Of a DNA stretch of 64,000 nucleotides, positions 49,546 through 58,530 are shown piece by piece (the first letter of the stretch is position 1; each line of letters begins with the position of its first letter). Source of the stretch: Actinomycetota bacterium (GTDB lineage Bacteria; Actinomycetota; Geothermincolia; Geothermincolales; RBG-13-55-18); NCBI GenBank assembly GCA_040757835.1, contig JBFLWJ010000010.1:1-64000 (forward strand). The letters are read 5' to 3'. Made by a program: the position numbers and the translations under genes. The notes below the pieces were generated by a model. It was not told the origin of the DNA, searched no databases, and saw only the letters and a program-made list of their open reading frames with translations.

Positions 49546-49670
49546 TGGGGTCAAGTCTTGTTTTTTGGATACCGCGGTATCTTAGCGATTATCATACATA
49601 TGCTCGCCTATATGCAGCAAGAATGTGTAGCTTACCATATTATGGAATCCAAAAAACTAGACCTGACCCC
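49546..49670. repeat. Palindromic repeat element, copy 4 (24-bp arms, 77-bp AT-rich loop containing a promoter-like TTGCTG-18-TATGAT on the minus strand)
   Basis: Arms GGGGTCAAGTCTTGTTTTTTGGAT and ATCCAAAAAACTAGACCTGACCCC, closely related to the arms of copies 1-3. Lies immediately upstream of the hydroxyacyl-CoA dehydrogenase RBS. Confidence 0.55.
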
Positions 49671-49726
49671 ATTAAGGAAGGGGGCCGAGTCACCTCAGCC
49701 CCCTCAGCTCGCTCGTCAGTCCGGGC

Positions 49727-50368
49727 TTACTTTTTGGCGGCCTTCTTCGCTGCCTTCTTGGCCGGCTTTTTCGCCGCGGCCTTTTTCACAGGCTTCTTGG
49801 CCGGTTTCTCAGCAGCCGCCTTCTTTGCGGGTTTCTTGGCCGCTGCCTTCTTCGCCGGCTTAGCCTCCCTGACCACTTCGAAGTACTTCACGTCGTGGAT
49901 GCTTCCGGTGCGCTCCTCGTTCCATACCGCGCGCATGCGCATCCCCACATCGAGGTCCTTTTCGTCGAACTCGTTGCAGAAATGCATCATGCGGGTGTCG
50001 GCCCCGTCCAGGGTCACCCAGATGGAGGTGAAGGGCACCTGCTTCCAACCGCCGTTGTTGGGGTCGATGTAGGGGAAGCGGACGATGGTGAAGCCCTCGA
50101 GCGTGCCCTCATCGGCGAGTTCTACCCACTCGTTCATCTCCACGTAGCACTTGCCGCAATTGACGCGTGGGGGGTTGTAGACGGTTCCGCACTGCGGGCA
50201 CTTGATGCCCATGAAGCGCTTATTGTCCCGCAGCTCGGCCAGGTACTTACTCCAGTAATACCCCAGGTGCCAGTGGAAGTTGTATTCCAGGTGGCCGGAT
50301 TCCTGGGTCAGGAGCTCGTAGCCCTCGGGGGTGTGCGTCCTCTTCCTCTTGTCCTCGTATATTCCCAT
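49727..50368 (-). CDS. DUF35 Zn-ribbon/OB-fold protein with a C-terminal histone-H1-like lysine-rich (AKKPAKKAAA) tail
   Basis: CPQCG...C-x-x-C zinc ribbon and OB-fold typical of thiolase-associated DUF35 proteins, followed by about 45 aa of A/K/P repeats. ATG at 50368 after a GGAGGTG RBS; the ORF-track extension to 50683 overlaps the thiolase gene. Confidence 0.75.
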   Translation of the reverse strand: MGIYEDKRKRTHTPEGYELLTQESGHLEYNFHWHLGYYWSKYLAELRDNKRFMGIKCPQCGTVYNPPRVNCGKCYVEMNEWVELADEGTLEGFTIVRFPYIDPNNGGWKQVPFTSIWVTLDGADTRMMHFCNEFDEKDLDVGMRMRAVWNEERTGSIHDVKYFEVVREAKPAKKAAAKKPAKKAAAEKPAKKPVKKAAAKKPAKKAAKKAAKK

Positions 50369-50388
50369 GAATGTCACCTCCTCCAGCC

Positions 50389-51543
50389 TCAGGGCAGGTC
50401 CGCGCCTAGGATCATCAGGTCCGTCCAGCTGCAGCCTCCGAACCCGGTGCACAGGGCCTTCTTCACATTGGGTACCTGGCGGGCGCCCGCCTTTCCCATG
50501 ATCTGCCAGGCCGCTTCGCCCACGCGGATGAGGGCGGTGGCGCCGATGGGGTTGGTGGAGATCACTCCGCCGGAAGGGTTGATGGGCAGCTGGCCGTCCA
50601 TGTCGAAGGTGCCCTTGCGGATGAGCTTCGGCGCACCGCCGTGCTCGCAGAACCACAGGGAGTCCATCCACTTCACCCCGCATGTGGAGCAGGGGATATA
50701 CAGCTCGGCCACGTCGAACTCCTTCAGGGGGTTAGTGATGCCCGCCAGCTTGTAGGCCGCCGCGGAGGCCCGCTCCAGGGTGGGCATGAACTTCCACTCC
50801 AGGTCCCCGAAGTGGGTGTAGTCGTGGCGCACTACCGAGCAGTGCACCCATGCCGGTTTGGGGCAGAGCTTCTTTGCCTTCTCCTCGGTGGCGAAGATGA
50901 CCGCGCATGACCCGTCGGAACGCGGGCACATGTCGAGGAACTTCACCGGGTAGGAGAGCATGGGGGAGTTGAGCACGTCCTCAACGGTCACCGCCTGCCG
51001 CGAGTGGGCGTAGGGGTTGTTGAGGGCGTTGTTGCGGTCACGGGCGGCCACCATGGCCGAATCGCTCTCGGTGGCCCCGTAGGCCTTCATATACATGGAA
51101 TACTCGGTGGCCAGTGGCCCGATGGCCCCGGCGAAGGGGTCTCTCTCCAGGGTGGGGTTGGCACAGGTGGCGATGGCCGCCTGCGTATCCGATTCCGAGT
51201 TCTTCTCCCAGCCTACGGCCAGGACCACGTCGAAGAGGCCGCTGGCTACGTGGTAGTATCCGCAGGCGCCCACGGTGGTGCCGGTGGTGCCGCCGGTGGT
51301 CACCTTGAAGACCGGCTTCATGCACGACCCCAGGCCGTCGGTAGCCCACATGTCCACGTAGTTGATGTTCTCGAAGTGGTCCATGTTGCCGATGACGATG
51401 GCGTCGATGTCGCCCATGGTCAACTGCGCGTCGTCCAGGGCCCGGGTAACGGCCTCGGCGATGAGCTCAACGCCCGAGACGTCCAAACGCTTGGCGGCGT
51501 GGTGGGTCTGGCCGACTCCGATAATACCTACTCGTTTACCCAT
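50389..51543 (-). CDS. Thiolase-like protein (SCP-x / nonspecific lipid-transfer-protein-type thiolase)
   Basis: Thiolase-fold condensing-enzyme sequence with no canonical CoA-binding loops; sits between DUF35 genes. Confidence 0.85.
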   Translation of the reverse strand: MGKRVGIIGVGQTHHAAKRLDVSGVELIAEAVTRALDDAQLTMGDIDAIVIGNMDHFENINYVDMWATDGLGSCMKPVFKVTTGGTTGTTVGACGYYHVASGLFDVVLAVGWEKNSESDTQAAIATCANPTLERDPFAGAIGPLATEYSMYMKAYGATESDSAMVAARDRNNALNNPYAHSRQAVTVEDVLNSPMLSYPVKFLDMCPRSDGSCAVIFATEEKAKKLCPKPAWVHCSVVRHDYTHFGDLEWKFMPTLERASAAAYKLAGITNPLKEFDVAELYIPCSTCGVKWMDSLWFCEHGGAPKLIRKGTFDMDGQLPINPSGGVISTNPIGATALIRVGEAAWQIMGKAGARQVPNVKKALCTGFGGCSWTDLMILGADLP

Positions 51544-51557
51544 TTCACGTCACCTCC

Positions 51558-52700
51558 TTATTTCCCCAGGATCCAGACACAGTGGGACTGTCCGCACATG
51601 CCGTTGATGCCGTGGACCAGGGCTGTCTCGGCGTTTCTCACCTGGTGTTTTCCAGCCTTTCCCCGCAGCTGCAGGGTCGCTTCGGCCATGGCGTAAAGGC
51701 CCGCTGACTGCACGGGATTGGCCGAGAGGCGGCCTCCCGAGGCGTTCACCGGGAGCTTGCCTCCGTAGTCGAAGTAACCGCGCTCCAGGTACTCGCAGCC
51801 CTTGCCGTCGTCGCAGATGCCCAGCCCCTCCAGCCACAGCGGCTCCATGTAGGAGAAGGCGTCGTAGACCTCGGCGAAGTCGATCTCCTTGCGGGGGTCG
51901 TCGATGCCGGCCATGGCGTAGGCCCGCTTGGCGGCCCGCTTGAGAGCGCGGGTGTCCGCAAGGTCACGGTCTCCGAGGCGGAAGGCGTCGGCGCAGTGGC
52001 CCACGCCCTTCAACCATACCCGCTTCTTGTTGGTGGTCATCTTCTTGGCGAACCGCTCCGCCGCCAGTACCAGGGTGCAGGCACCGTCGGTGACGGGGGA
52101 GCAGTCGAGCAGTTTCAGGGGATCGGCGATCTTGCGCGAGTTCATCACGTCGTCCACGGTGATCTCCATGGGCAGGAGGGACAGGGGATTGCGCATGGCG
52201 TTGCCGTGGTTCTTCACCGAAACCAGCGCGAACTGCTCCTCCGAAAGGCCGTACTTGTTCATGTACCTGCGCGCCTGCAGGGCCGCGGACGAGACGGCGT
52301 CAATCCCTAGCCTCCTCTCCACCAGCGGGTCGAAGGCGCAATTGGTGATGCCGTTCATGCTGCTCTCCGTGCCCTTGTGGTGGGCGCAGACAACGGTGAC
52401 GCCGAAGCTGCCGGAGAGGATGCGCATCATGCCGTAGAGGGCGGCGAATGTGCCGTCCCCCTCGACGGTGGTGATGTCCTTCCCGAACGCGTTGGAAGCG
52501 TCCGAGATGGCCATGCTGGAGATGGTGCGGCCGTCCCAGAAGTCGCTGGAAGCGGAGACGACGTTGTCCACGTCATCCTTGGATATCCCCGCGTCCGCGA
52601 TGGCCTTGCTGGTGGCCTCGAAGACCATCTCCGCGAAGGTGAGGGGGCTGTTACGGTCGTACTTGGTGAATCCAACGCCGATTATCGCTACTTTTTCCAT
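51558..52700 (-). CDS. Thiolase-like protein (SCP-x type), second paralog
   Basis: Same family as the first thiolase. The ATG at 52700 (MEKVAIIG) is preferred over the GTG at 52709. Confidence 0.85.
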   Translation of the reverse strand: MEKVAIIGVGFTKYDRNSPLTFAEMVFEATSKAIADAGISKDDVDNVVSASSDFWDGRTISSMAISDASNAFGKDITTVEGDGTFAALYGMMRILSGSFGVTVVCAHHKGTESSMNGITNCAFDPLVERRLGIDAVSSAALQARRYMNKYGLSEEQFALVSVKNHGNAMRNPLSLLPMEITVDDVMNSRKIADPLKLLDCSPVTDGACTLVLAAERFAKKMTTNKKRVWLKGVGHCADAFRLGDRDLADTRALKRAAKRAYAMAGIDDPRKEIDFAEVYDAFSYMEPLWLEGLGICDDGKGCEYLERGYFDYGGKLPVNASGGRLSANPVQSAGLYAMAEATLQLRGKAGKHQVRNAETALVHGINGMCGQSHCVWILGK

Positions 52701-52718
52701 GTACCTCACCCCGCTTCC

Positions 52719-53183
52719 CTACTTCATGGGGCGGAAGTGCTTGATATCGAGGATATTGCCCTCGCGCTTAGCCTCGAATACCGCTTCCACTCGCATGCCT
52801 ACTCTTACTTGCTCGGGGTCCACGCCGCCGATTATGTGGACCAGGCCGGTGTCCGCTCCGTCCATCTTTATCACGGCGTAGACGAAGGGCGCCTTGCGGG
52901 GATGGAGCACGGGCTCCTCGTAGCGTACCACCGTGTAGGTCTCCACCGTGCCGGTACCCGGCAGGGCGATCCAGTCGTGGAGATCCTCGTAGCAGTCGAT
53001 GCACTTGATCTTGGGGGGGACGAAGACCTTACCGCAGCTGGGGCAGCGGTTGCCCCAGATCTTGCCGTTGTCCCGCAGTTCGCAGTAGAACCGGCTCAAA
53101 GTGCTCCCCACCGTCCAGGAATAGGGAACGCTTATCTTGCCCTCGTGGACGATAACATCTACATTGTCCTTCCAGCTTGGCAA
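52719..53183 (-). CDS. DUF35 Zn-ribbon/OB-fold protein
   Basis: CPSCGKVFVPPKIKCIDC zinc ribbon plus OB-fold. TTG start with GGGAGGTG RBS. Confidence 0.8.
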   Translation of the reverse strand: MPSWKDNVDVIVHEGKISVPYSWTVGSTLSRFYCELRDNGKIWGNRCPSCGKVFVPPKIKCIDCYEDLHDWIALPGTGTVETYTVVRYEEPVLHPRKAPFVYAVIKMDGADTGLVHIIGGVDPEQVRVGMRVEAVFEAKREGNILDIKHFRPMK

Positions 53184-53490
53184 CTACCTCACCTCCCTTA
53201 TTAAACCGTGCTGCCATTGAAGTACGTGAAAGCCGTTCTCATCCACCACCTCCTCGCGAGGGTCGAGAAGCCCTATGGGACTTTAATTCACCGCGCGACA
53301 ACGCGCGCTGGGATCTTAACTGGACAATCTTCGAATACTCTTGGAACACCGACACCGCTTGTATTAAGCAAGCGTTAATATTCTATAACTTTTGGCGAGG
53401 CTAGTCACCATCGAATGCATGTTCTTCCTGCGTCGACCCTGGAAGCTCGTATTTGCCTTGCCGTTTGGAGATTCACAGACCTGGCGTAAG

Positions 53491-53640
53491 CCTTACGTAA
53501 TGGCGACTGGGGCCAGTATAATGCTGGCCCGCACCCTACGGGGAAAAGACGGAGCAGGGCGGGTGGACCAGCGGATTACAGAGCGTGGTGCCTGCTTACG
53601 TAATGCCGGCTGGGGCCAGTATAAGTGCCGGCCCCAGTGC
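53491..53640. repeat. Direct repeat pair (about 46 nt each, 56-nt spacer), each forming a GC-rich hairpin with TATAAT/TATAAG in the loop
   Basis: Copy A CCTTACGTAATGGCGACTGGGGCCAGTATAATGCTGGCCCGCACCC (53491-53536); copy B GCTTACGTAATGCCGGCTGGGGCCAGTATAAGTGCCGGCCCCAGTGC (53593-53640). Confidence 0.6.
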
Positions 53641-53667
53641 TGCGCGTCGTTGGCATCGGTATGTCGG

Positions 53668-55527
53668 TTAGAGGTTCATGCGGTCGGCCACGTCGCCCAG
53701 GCCGTACCTTTCCAGCGTCTCCCGGGTAGGTATGCCGTCCGAGGTCATGCCGCGGTATTCGTAGAACTCGCGCAGCATGGTGTCCATGTCCGGCACCGAG
53801 CCGGCGATGCCGCCGTCGTCCACCGGGGTCATGATCCGCTGGCCGATGCGGTCGTCCGCCCCCGTAGCGCCCCAGATATGGCCCAGGCAGCGCTGCAGGA
53901 ACCATACCCGCGCCCCCGCCTCCATCATCTTCTCATAGTCCCAGTCATAACCCGCCACGGCGCTGAACAGCTCCGCCCACTGTGTCACCGTGAAGGTGGT
54001 CCCGGGGAACTTGCACCAGCAGGCGCTGTTGAAGATGCAGCCGAGGTCCGCGGTTAGGGCCGCCGCCTCCGCTTTGAACTCGGCGGACTGGTTCTGGTAG
54101 TTCTTGTCCAGCCCTAGCTCCGGGTACTCTATGGCGCCCCACTCCAACAGGAAGGTCATATTGGATACATGGCAGGCGCCGCGGATGGACACGGCATAGG
54201 CCAGGCCGTCTCCCCAGTTGCAGCGGGGGTCGTGCATGGCTGCCTCAAGCCCCTTGGAGTCGGTAAGATAGGCGTCGGCCCCGTTCCCGACCTCCTCGGC
54301 GGCGGCGCGCGAGCCCTTGGCCAGCAGCTGTGCCAGCTTGCCCTCCTTGGCGACGATGCTGGGCAGCAGTTCTATGACCGTATCGATGTCTCCCCACTCC
54401 AGCTTGATGCCATCGTAGTCCTCGGGCTTGAGGATGCCGTGCTCGAAGCAGTCCATGGCCCAGGCGATGGTCGCGCCGCAGGTGATAGTGTCCATGCCGG
54501 CGCGGTTGCAGAAGTCATTGGCCTTGCACACCGATGCCAGATTGTCGTTTAAGAGCATGGTCCCGAAGGAAGCCTGGGTCTCGTACTCCGGTCCAGGTCC
54601 CTTGGGAATGGCGTAGGGCCCTTCTTTCACCTCCACCACCGGTTTGCAGCGCACCGCGCAGCCACGGCAGCTGGCATGGTCGACGATGAAGCTGTCGGCC
54701 AGGGCGATGCCGGAGAGCTTCTCCGCGCCCTCCTCCCACAGACCCTGCCCCCAGTTGCGGGTGGGGACATCGCCCTCGAACATCTTTGCCTCCATATTGG
54801 CCCCGGTGCCGAAGGCCGAGAGGGCGCCGCAGAAGATGTTGTCCTTCACCTCGTCGCGGTGGGCCTCCTGCATGGCTTTGACCTTCTCGGGGTCCGCGTA
54901 TTCCGGCTTCTTGTTGCCCTCCGCCACGATGGCTTTGAGGTTCTTCGAGCCCATCACCGTGCCCATGCCGGCGCGGCCGAAGATGTGGCCGTAATCGTTG
55001 ACGATGGCCCCGTAGGGGACCAGGTTCTCCGACGCCGGGCCGATGGCCAGCACCTTGCCGCCCTTGCCGTAACGCTCCTTGAGGATATCGGTGGTCTCGT
55101 AGGTGTCCATGCCCCAGAGGTCGTCGGCGGGAAGCAGGTCGGCCGAGTCGTTACCCAGGAGCAGGAATACCGGCGCATCGGCCTTCCCCTTAAAGATCAC
55201 CGCGTCGTAGCCGCACCTCTTCAGCTCGGGGCCGAAGTTGCCACCGCAGGAGGCCTGTCCCCAGACGCCGGTCAGGGGAGAGCGCGCTCCTACCGAGAGA
55301 CGGCTCGAGCCCGAGAAGCCGATACCGGTGAGGGGACCGGTGGCGAAGATGAGCAGGTTGTCTGGGTCCAGGGGTCCCGCATCGAGGTCGCCGCGGTCGA
55401 AGAGGAGCTTGGCCGCCAGGCCCGTCCCGCCGATGAAATCGCGGCACATCGCCTCGTCCAGTTCGAATTCCTGCGTGGTCCCGGAGGTCAGGTCGACCTC
55501 CAGTGCCTTGCCCATGTTGCCGAGAGC
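53668..55527 (-). CDS. aor: Tungsten-containing aldehyde:ferredoxin oxidoreductase (AOR family)
   Basis: AOR N-terminal domain (MGKALEVDLT.G...) and the cofactor-binding domains; about 620 aa. Start is at 55527 or 55509. Confidence 0.9.
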   Translation of the reverse strand, partial: ALGNMGKALEVDLTSGTTQEFELDEAMCRDFIGGTGLAAKLLFDRGDLDAGPLDPDNLLIFATGPLTGIGFSGSSRLSVGARSPLTGVWGQASCGGNFGPELKRCGYDAVIFKGKADAPVFLLLGNDSADLLPADDLWGMDTYETTDILKERYGKGGKVLAIGPASENLVPYGAIVNDYGHIFGRAGMGTVMGSKNLKAIVAEGNKKPEYADPEKVKAMQEAHRDEVKDNIFCGALSAFGTGANMEAKMFEGDVPTRNWGQGLWEEGAEKLSGIALADSFIVDHASCRGCAVRCKPVVEVKEGPYAIPKGPGPEYETQASFGTMLLNDNLASVCKANDFCNRAGMDTITCGATIAWAMDCFEHGILKPEDYDGIKLEWGDIDTVIELLPSIVAKEGKLAQLLAKGSRAAAEEVGNGADAYLTDSKGLEAAMHDPRCNWGDGLAYAVSIRGACHVSNMTFLLEWGAIEYPELGLDKNYQNQSAEFKAEAAALTADLGCIFNSACWCKFPGTTFTVTQWAELFSAVAGYDWDYEKMMEAGARVWFLQRCLGHIWGATGADDRIGQRIMTPVDDGGIAGSVPDMDTMLREFYEYRGMTSDGIPTRETLERYGLGDVADRMNL

Positions 55528-55661
55528 CATTCTCATCACCCCACTTAAGCATGCGGCGCTTGGAGGGCGAGGGCGCTCGCGGGACCGCGGGCGCTCTCCG
55601 CCGCCTTACGCCATGTTTCCTCCCACATTGCTTTCGCCGCCGGCGCGGCCGCTTCCTATCG

Positions 55662-56078
55662 TCAGTTCAAGGACATGATCTTGCTGAGCAGGGTCAGCGC
55701 GATCAGGTGGGTGAACATGCCCTTGATCTTGAGCTCCCGTTTCAGCAGTTTCTTCACCACGCCCATGCCGGTCTCGTCGAAATACCAGGGCATCCCGAAC
55801 TTGATCTGGAGATTGGCCATATCGAGCAGGGAAGCGGCGTCGGTGACGATGGAGAGGTCGGGTTTGCCTTCCTTGCCACCGTAGACCGTCAGGCTGCCCT
55901 TGTCGAAGACCATGGTCATCTCGGTCTCGGCATCCTCCGCCAGGATATGGACCCTGGACTTGAGCCTGTTGAAGTCCTTGAGCTTCTCCGGCTTCTCCAG
56001 GTTGGCCTTGATCATCTCCGCGATCATGCCCGCCATGGCCACCTCTTCCGCTCCAGGCGCCAGTTTCACATCCACCAT
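55662..56078 (-). CDS. SCP2 (sterol carrier protein 2) domain protein
   Basis: SCP2 fold signature. The ATG at 56078 has proper RBS spacing (AAGGAGGG). Confidence 0.7.
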   Translation of the reverse strand: MVDVKLAPGAEEVAMAGMIAEMIKANLEKPEKLKDFNRLKSRVHILAEDAETEMTMVFDKGSLTVYGGKEGKPDLSIVTDAASLLDMANLQIKFGMPWYFDETGMGVVKKLLKRELKIKGMFTHLIALTLLSKIMSLN

Positions 56079-56127
56079 GCGCATACCCTCCTTAACGCTT
56101 TACGCGGTTCCACCCTGGAGTGACGGC

Positions 56128-57291
56128 CTAGAAGGCCTTCTTGTATACCCCCAGGACCTCTTCGGCTTCGAACACCATCTTGGGATTGTAGACCACCGAG
56201 CCGTCGCACAAGGCCATCTCCGAGGCCTCGCCCAGGCCTTCCTCCAGCACGCCCACCTCGCGCAGGGATTGCGGCAGCCCCAGCTTTTTGGTGAACTCGA
56301 ATATCGCGTCCACCGCCGCCCCACCCGCCTCCTCGTCGCTCATGCCCTTCTCTTTGACGCCCATTGCCTCTGCCACGAGCGCGTAGCGGTCCGCGGCCTC
56401 GTCCATGTTGTACATCATCACGTGGGGCAGGAGGATGGAGTTGCCAATGCCGTGGGGCACCTTGTAGAGAGCGCCGACGCAATGGGCCATGGCGTGCACC
56501 AACCCCACCTGGGCGTTGGAGAAAGCGATGCCGGCCATGGTGGCGGCTATCTGCTGCTGTCCTCTGGCCACCAGGTCGTCGCCTCTTTCCACGCAGATGG
56601 GCAGGTTTTCCATGATCAGCCGGATGGCGCCAAAGGCCAGGGTGTCCGAGATGGGCTCCGACTGCAGGGCGTGGATGGCCTCGATGGCGTGGGTGAGGGC
56701 GTCCATGCCGGTCATGGCGGTCACCATGGGGGGCATGCTCGCGGTCATCACCGGATCGAGGATGCCGGTGTTGGGCATGAGGTAGTCGTCGCCGTAGAGC
56801 AGTTTCTGGTTCTTCTCCCAGTCCTTGATGACGAAGGCGTAGGTGACCTCGCTGCCCGTTCCCGCCGTGGTAGGGATGACGATATGCGGGGTGATGGGAT
56901 GGGTGAGCATCTGGAATCCCTGGTAGTCCTGGAGGTTGCCGCCCTCGGAGACGATGATGGCCATGCCCTTGGCGGTGTCGATGACGCTGCCGCCGCCCAC
57001 GCTAACCAGGCAGTCGGCCCCCTTCTCCCGCGCGAGCTCCGCCGCCTTGTTCACGATATGGTACCCCGAGTCCTGGGGGACATCATCGAATGTCCCGACA
57101 TACCTGCTCCCCAGGGCTTTCTCCACCTTTTCCGCCAGGCCCGCCTCGACCAGGCCCTTGTCGGTGACGATGAAGGCCCGGGAGCACTTGAGCTGGTCGA
57201 CCTCCGCTCCCAGGTCGTTGACGCTGTTGATGCCGAAGACGAGCCTGGTGTAGTTCTTGTAGATGAACGAGAGGTCCTTGTCGTAGGCCAT
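56128..57291 (-). CDS. Iron-containing alcohol dehydrogenase
   Basis: Fe-ADH family motifs (GGGSVIDTAK, metal-binding His cluster). ATG at 57291 after a GGAGGTG RBS; the ORF-track start at 57387 is an upstream alternative. Confidence 0.9.
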   Translation of the reverse strand: MAYDKDLSFIYKNYTRLVFGINSVNDLGAEVDQLKCSRAFIVTDKGLVEAGLAEKVEKALGSRYVGTFDDVPQDSGYHIVNKAAELAREKGADCLVSVGGGSVIDTAKGMAIIVSEGGNLQDYQGFQMLTHPITPHIVIPTTAGTGSEVTYAFVIKDWEKNQKLLYGDDYLMPNTGILDPVMTASMPPMVTAMTGMDALTHAIEAIHALQSEPISDTLAFGAIRLIMENLPICVERGDDLVARGQQQIAATMAGIAFSNAQVGLVHAMAHCVGALYKVPHGIGNSILLPHVMMYNMDEAADRYALVAEAMGVKEKGMSDEEAGGAAVDAIFEFTKKLGLPQSLREVGVLEEGLGEASEMALCDGSVVYNPKMVFEAEEVLGVYKKAF

Positions 57292-57442
57292 GAAAACCAC
57301 CTCCGGTTGTACCCTGGGGTCTCTCCCCGGGATATTGCGATGTGTCCTCACCGACAGCGCAAAGCCGCCAGTGTCCTGCCTTGCCAACGAGTTCCCGGGC
57401 GAAATGCCCGGGAACTCGAGATAACGTTGCCTCTAGCCTCGA

Positions 57443-58006
57443 TTAGATCCCGAACTCGTCCTCTGCCCTCTTCAGCAGCGCGCGCAGGTCCTCGATCCCA
57501 GCGGCGTCCAGCTCGTCGGGGAACCTGCAGTCGGTAGAGGCGGAGAGGTCCACCAGGCGGGCGGAGGCCTTCACCGCGCGCACGATGGTGGGCAGGTCTC
57601 CCTTGAGCTTGAGCTTGCCCTGCATCATCCCCTTGATGGTATCCAGCTCCTTGGCCATGACCGCGCGCCAGCGCTCGTATTCGCCGGTGATCACGTAGTC
57701 CGCGGACTCGCCGACCTCCGCGGGCACGATCTTCACGAAGCGGCAGTCGCCGTGCCACAGGTCCATGAACATGTAGAGGTCCTTATCCAATCCGATCTCC
57801 GGCTTGGCCAGGATCTTGATGACCACCGAGCCCTCCCAGTCCTTGGCGGCCTCCTTGTATTCCGCGTCGTTCTGGATAAGCTCCTCGTACTGGGCCACCC
57901 ATTCCGGTGTTCCCATCACGTAGGGTTTGGACTGGCTCTCAGTCCTCTCCTTGACCAGCGCGTCGTAAGCCTGGTTCCACTCGTCGGTCCCATAGGTCAA
58001 TGCCAT
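57443..58006 (-). CDS. SCP2-like / alkyl-sulfatase C-terminal-like lipid-binding domain protein
   Basis: Composition and length fit SCP2-like carrier domains. AAGAGGAGGG RBS. Confidence 0.5.
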   Translation of the reverse strand: MALTYGTDEWNQAYDALVKERTESQSKPYVMGTPEWVAQYEELIQNDAEYKEAAKDWEGSVVIKILAKPEIGLDKDLYMFMDLWHGDCRFVKIVPAEVGESADYVITGEYERWRAVMAKELDTIKGMMQGKLKLKGDLPTIVRAVKASARLVDLSASTDCRFPDELDAAGIEDLRALLKRAEDEFGI

Positions 58007-58074
58007 GCGTAATCCCTCCTCTTAATAACCGATTCGCCCTGACGCTGCTTGGGTGTCGAGAATATTGCCGGCAC

Positions 58075-58110
58075 GTACAATATATAAACTCATTACATGA
58101 ATATGCAAAT
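58075..58110 (-). promoter_or_regulatory. Candidate sigma70-type promoter (TTGCAT-17-ATATAT) for the SCP2-ADH-SCP2-AOR operon
   Basis: AT-rich island in an otherwise GC-rich intergenic region, upstream of the 58006 start. Confidence 0.3.
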
Positions 58111-58255
58111 GGAAATCGCAAAGACCTGGAAACCTTGTGCGATACAAAACCGTGATACCCCCGACCGTCCTCGACAAACAGTTATTACCCGTGTTCGAAT
58201 CCCCAGGACACCACGGCCGGACCGGCCTACTCGCCTCCGTTTACACCCGCCCGCC

Positions 58256-58528
58256 CTACCATACCTTGGCCGCTGGAGACAGCTCTTTTCCGGTGCCGCG
58301 CGAGGTGATGCTGATCGCGTTCTGTCCGCATACCGGCAGGCATTCCCCGCAACCGTCGCAGAAACCAGCGAAGCGGGGCACGATGCGGTAGCGGGGGTCG
58401 GCGCCGTGCCTGGAGCGGTTTTTCTCGCGGGGCACGGCGAGAAACACTCCCCGGGGGCACGTTTCCTGACAGAGCCTCCCACACGCTTCGGCGTCGCACT
58501 CGCCCACCCTGACCCGGTATTCCGCCAT
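58256..58528 (-). CDS. 2x[4Fe-4S] ferredoxin
   Basis: Two CxxCxxCxxxCP motifs (CDAEACGRLCQETCP and CDGCGECLPVC). ATG at 58528 with a GGAGGTGGTGA RBS; the start overlaps the upstream stop. Confidence 0.7.
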   Translation of the reverse strand: MAEYRVRVGECDAEACGRLCQETCPRGVFLAVPREKNRSRHGADPRYRIVPRFAGFCDGCGECLPVCGQNAISITSRGTGKELSPAAKVW

Positions 58529-58530
58529 GC

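Noticed and set aside
49473-50072. Plus-strand ORF of 199 aa with A/F/L-rich repeats
   Set aside because: It is the antisense translation of the lysine-rich (AKKP) tail and OB-fold of the minus-strand DUF35 gene.
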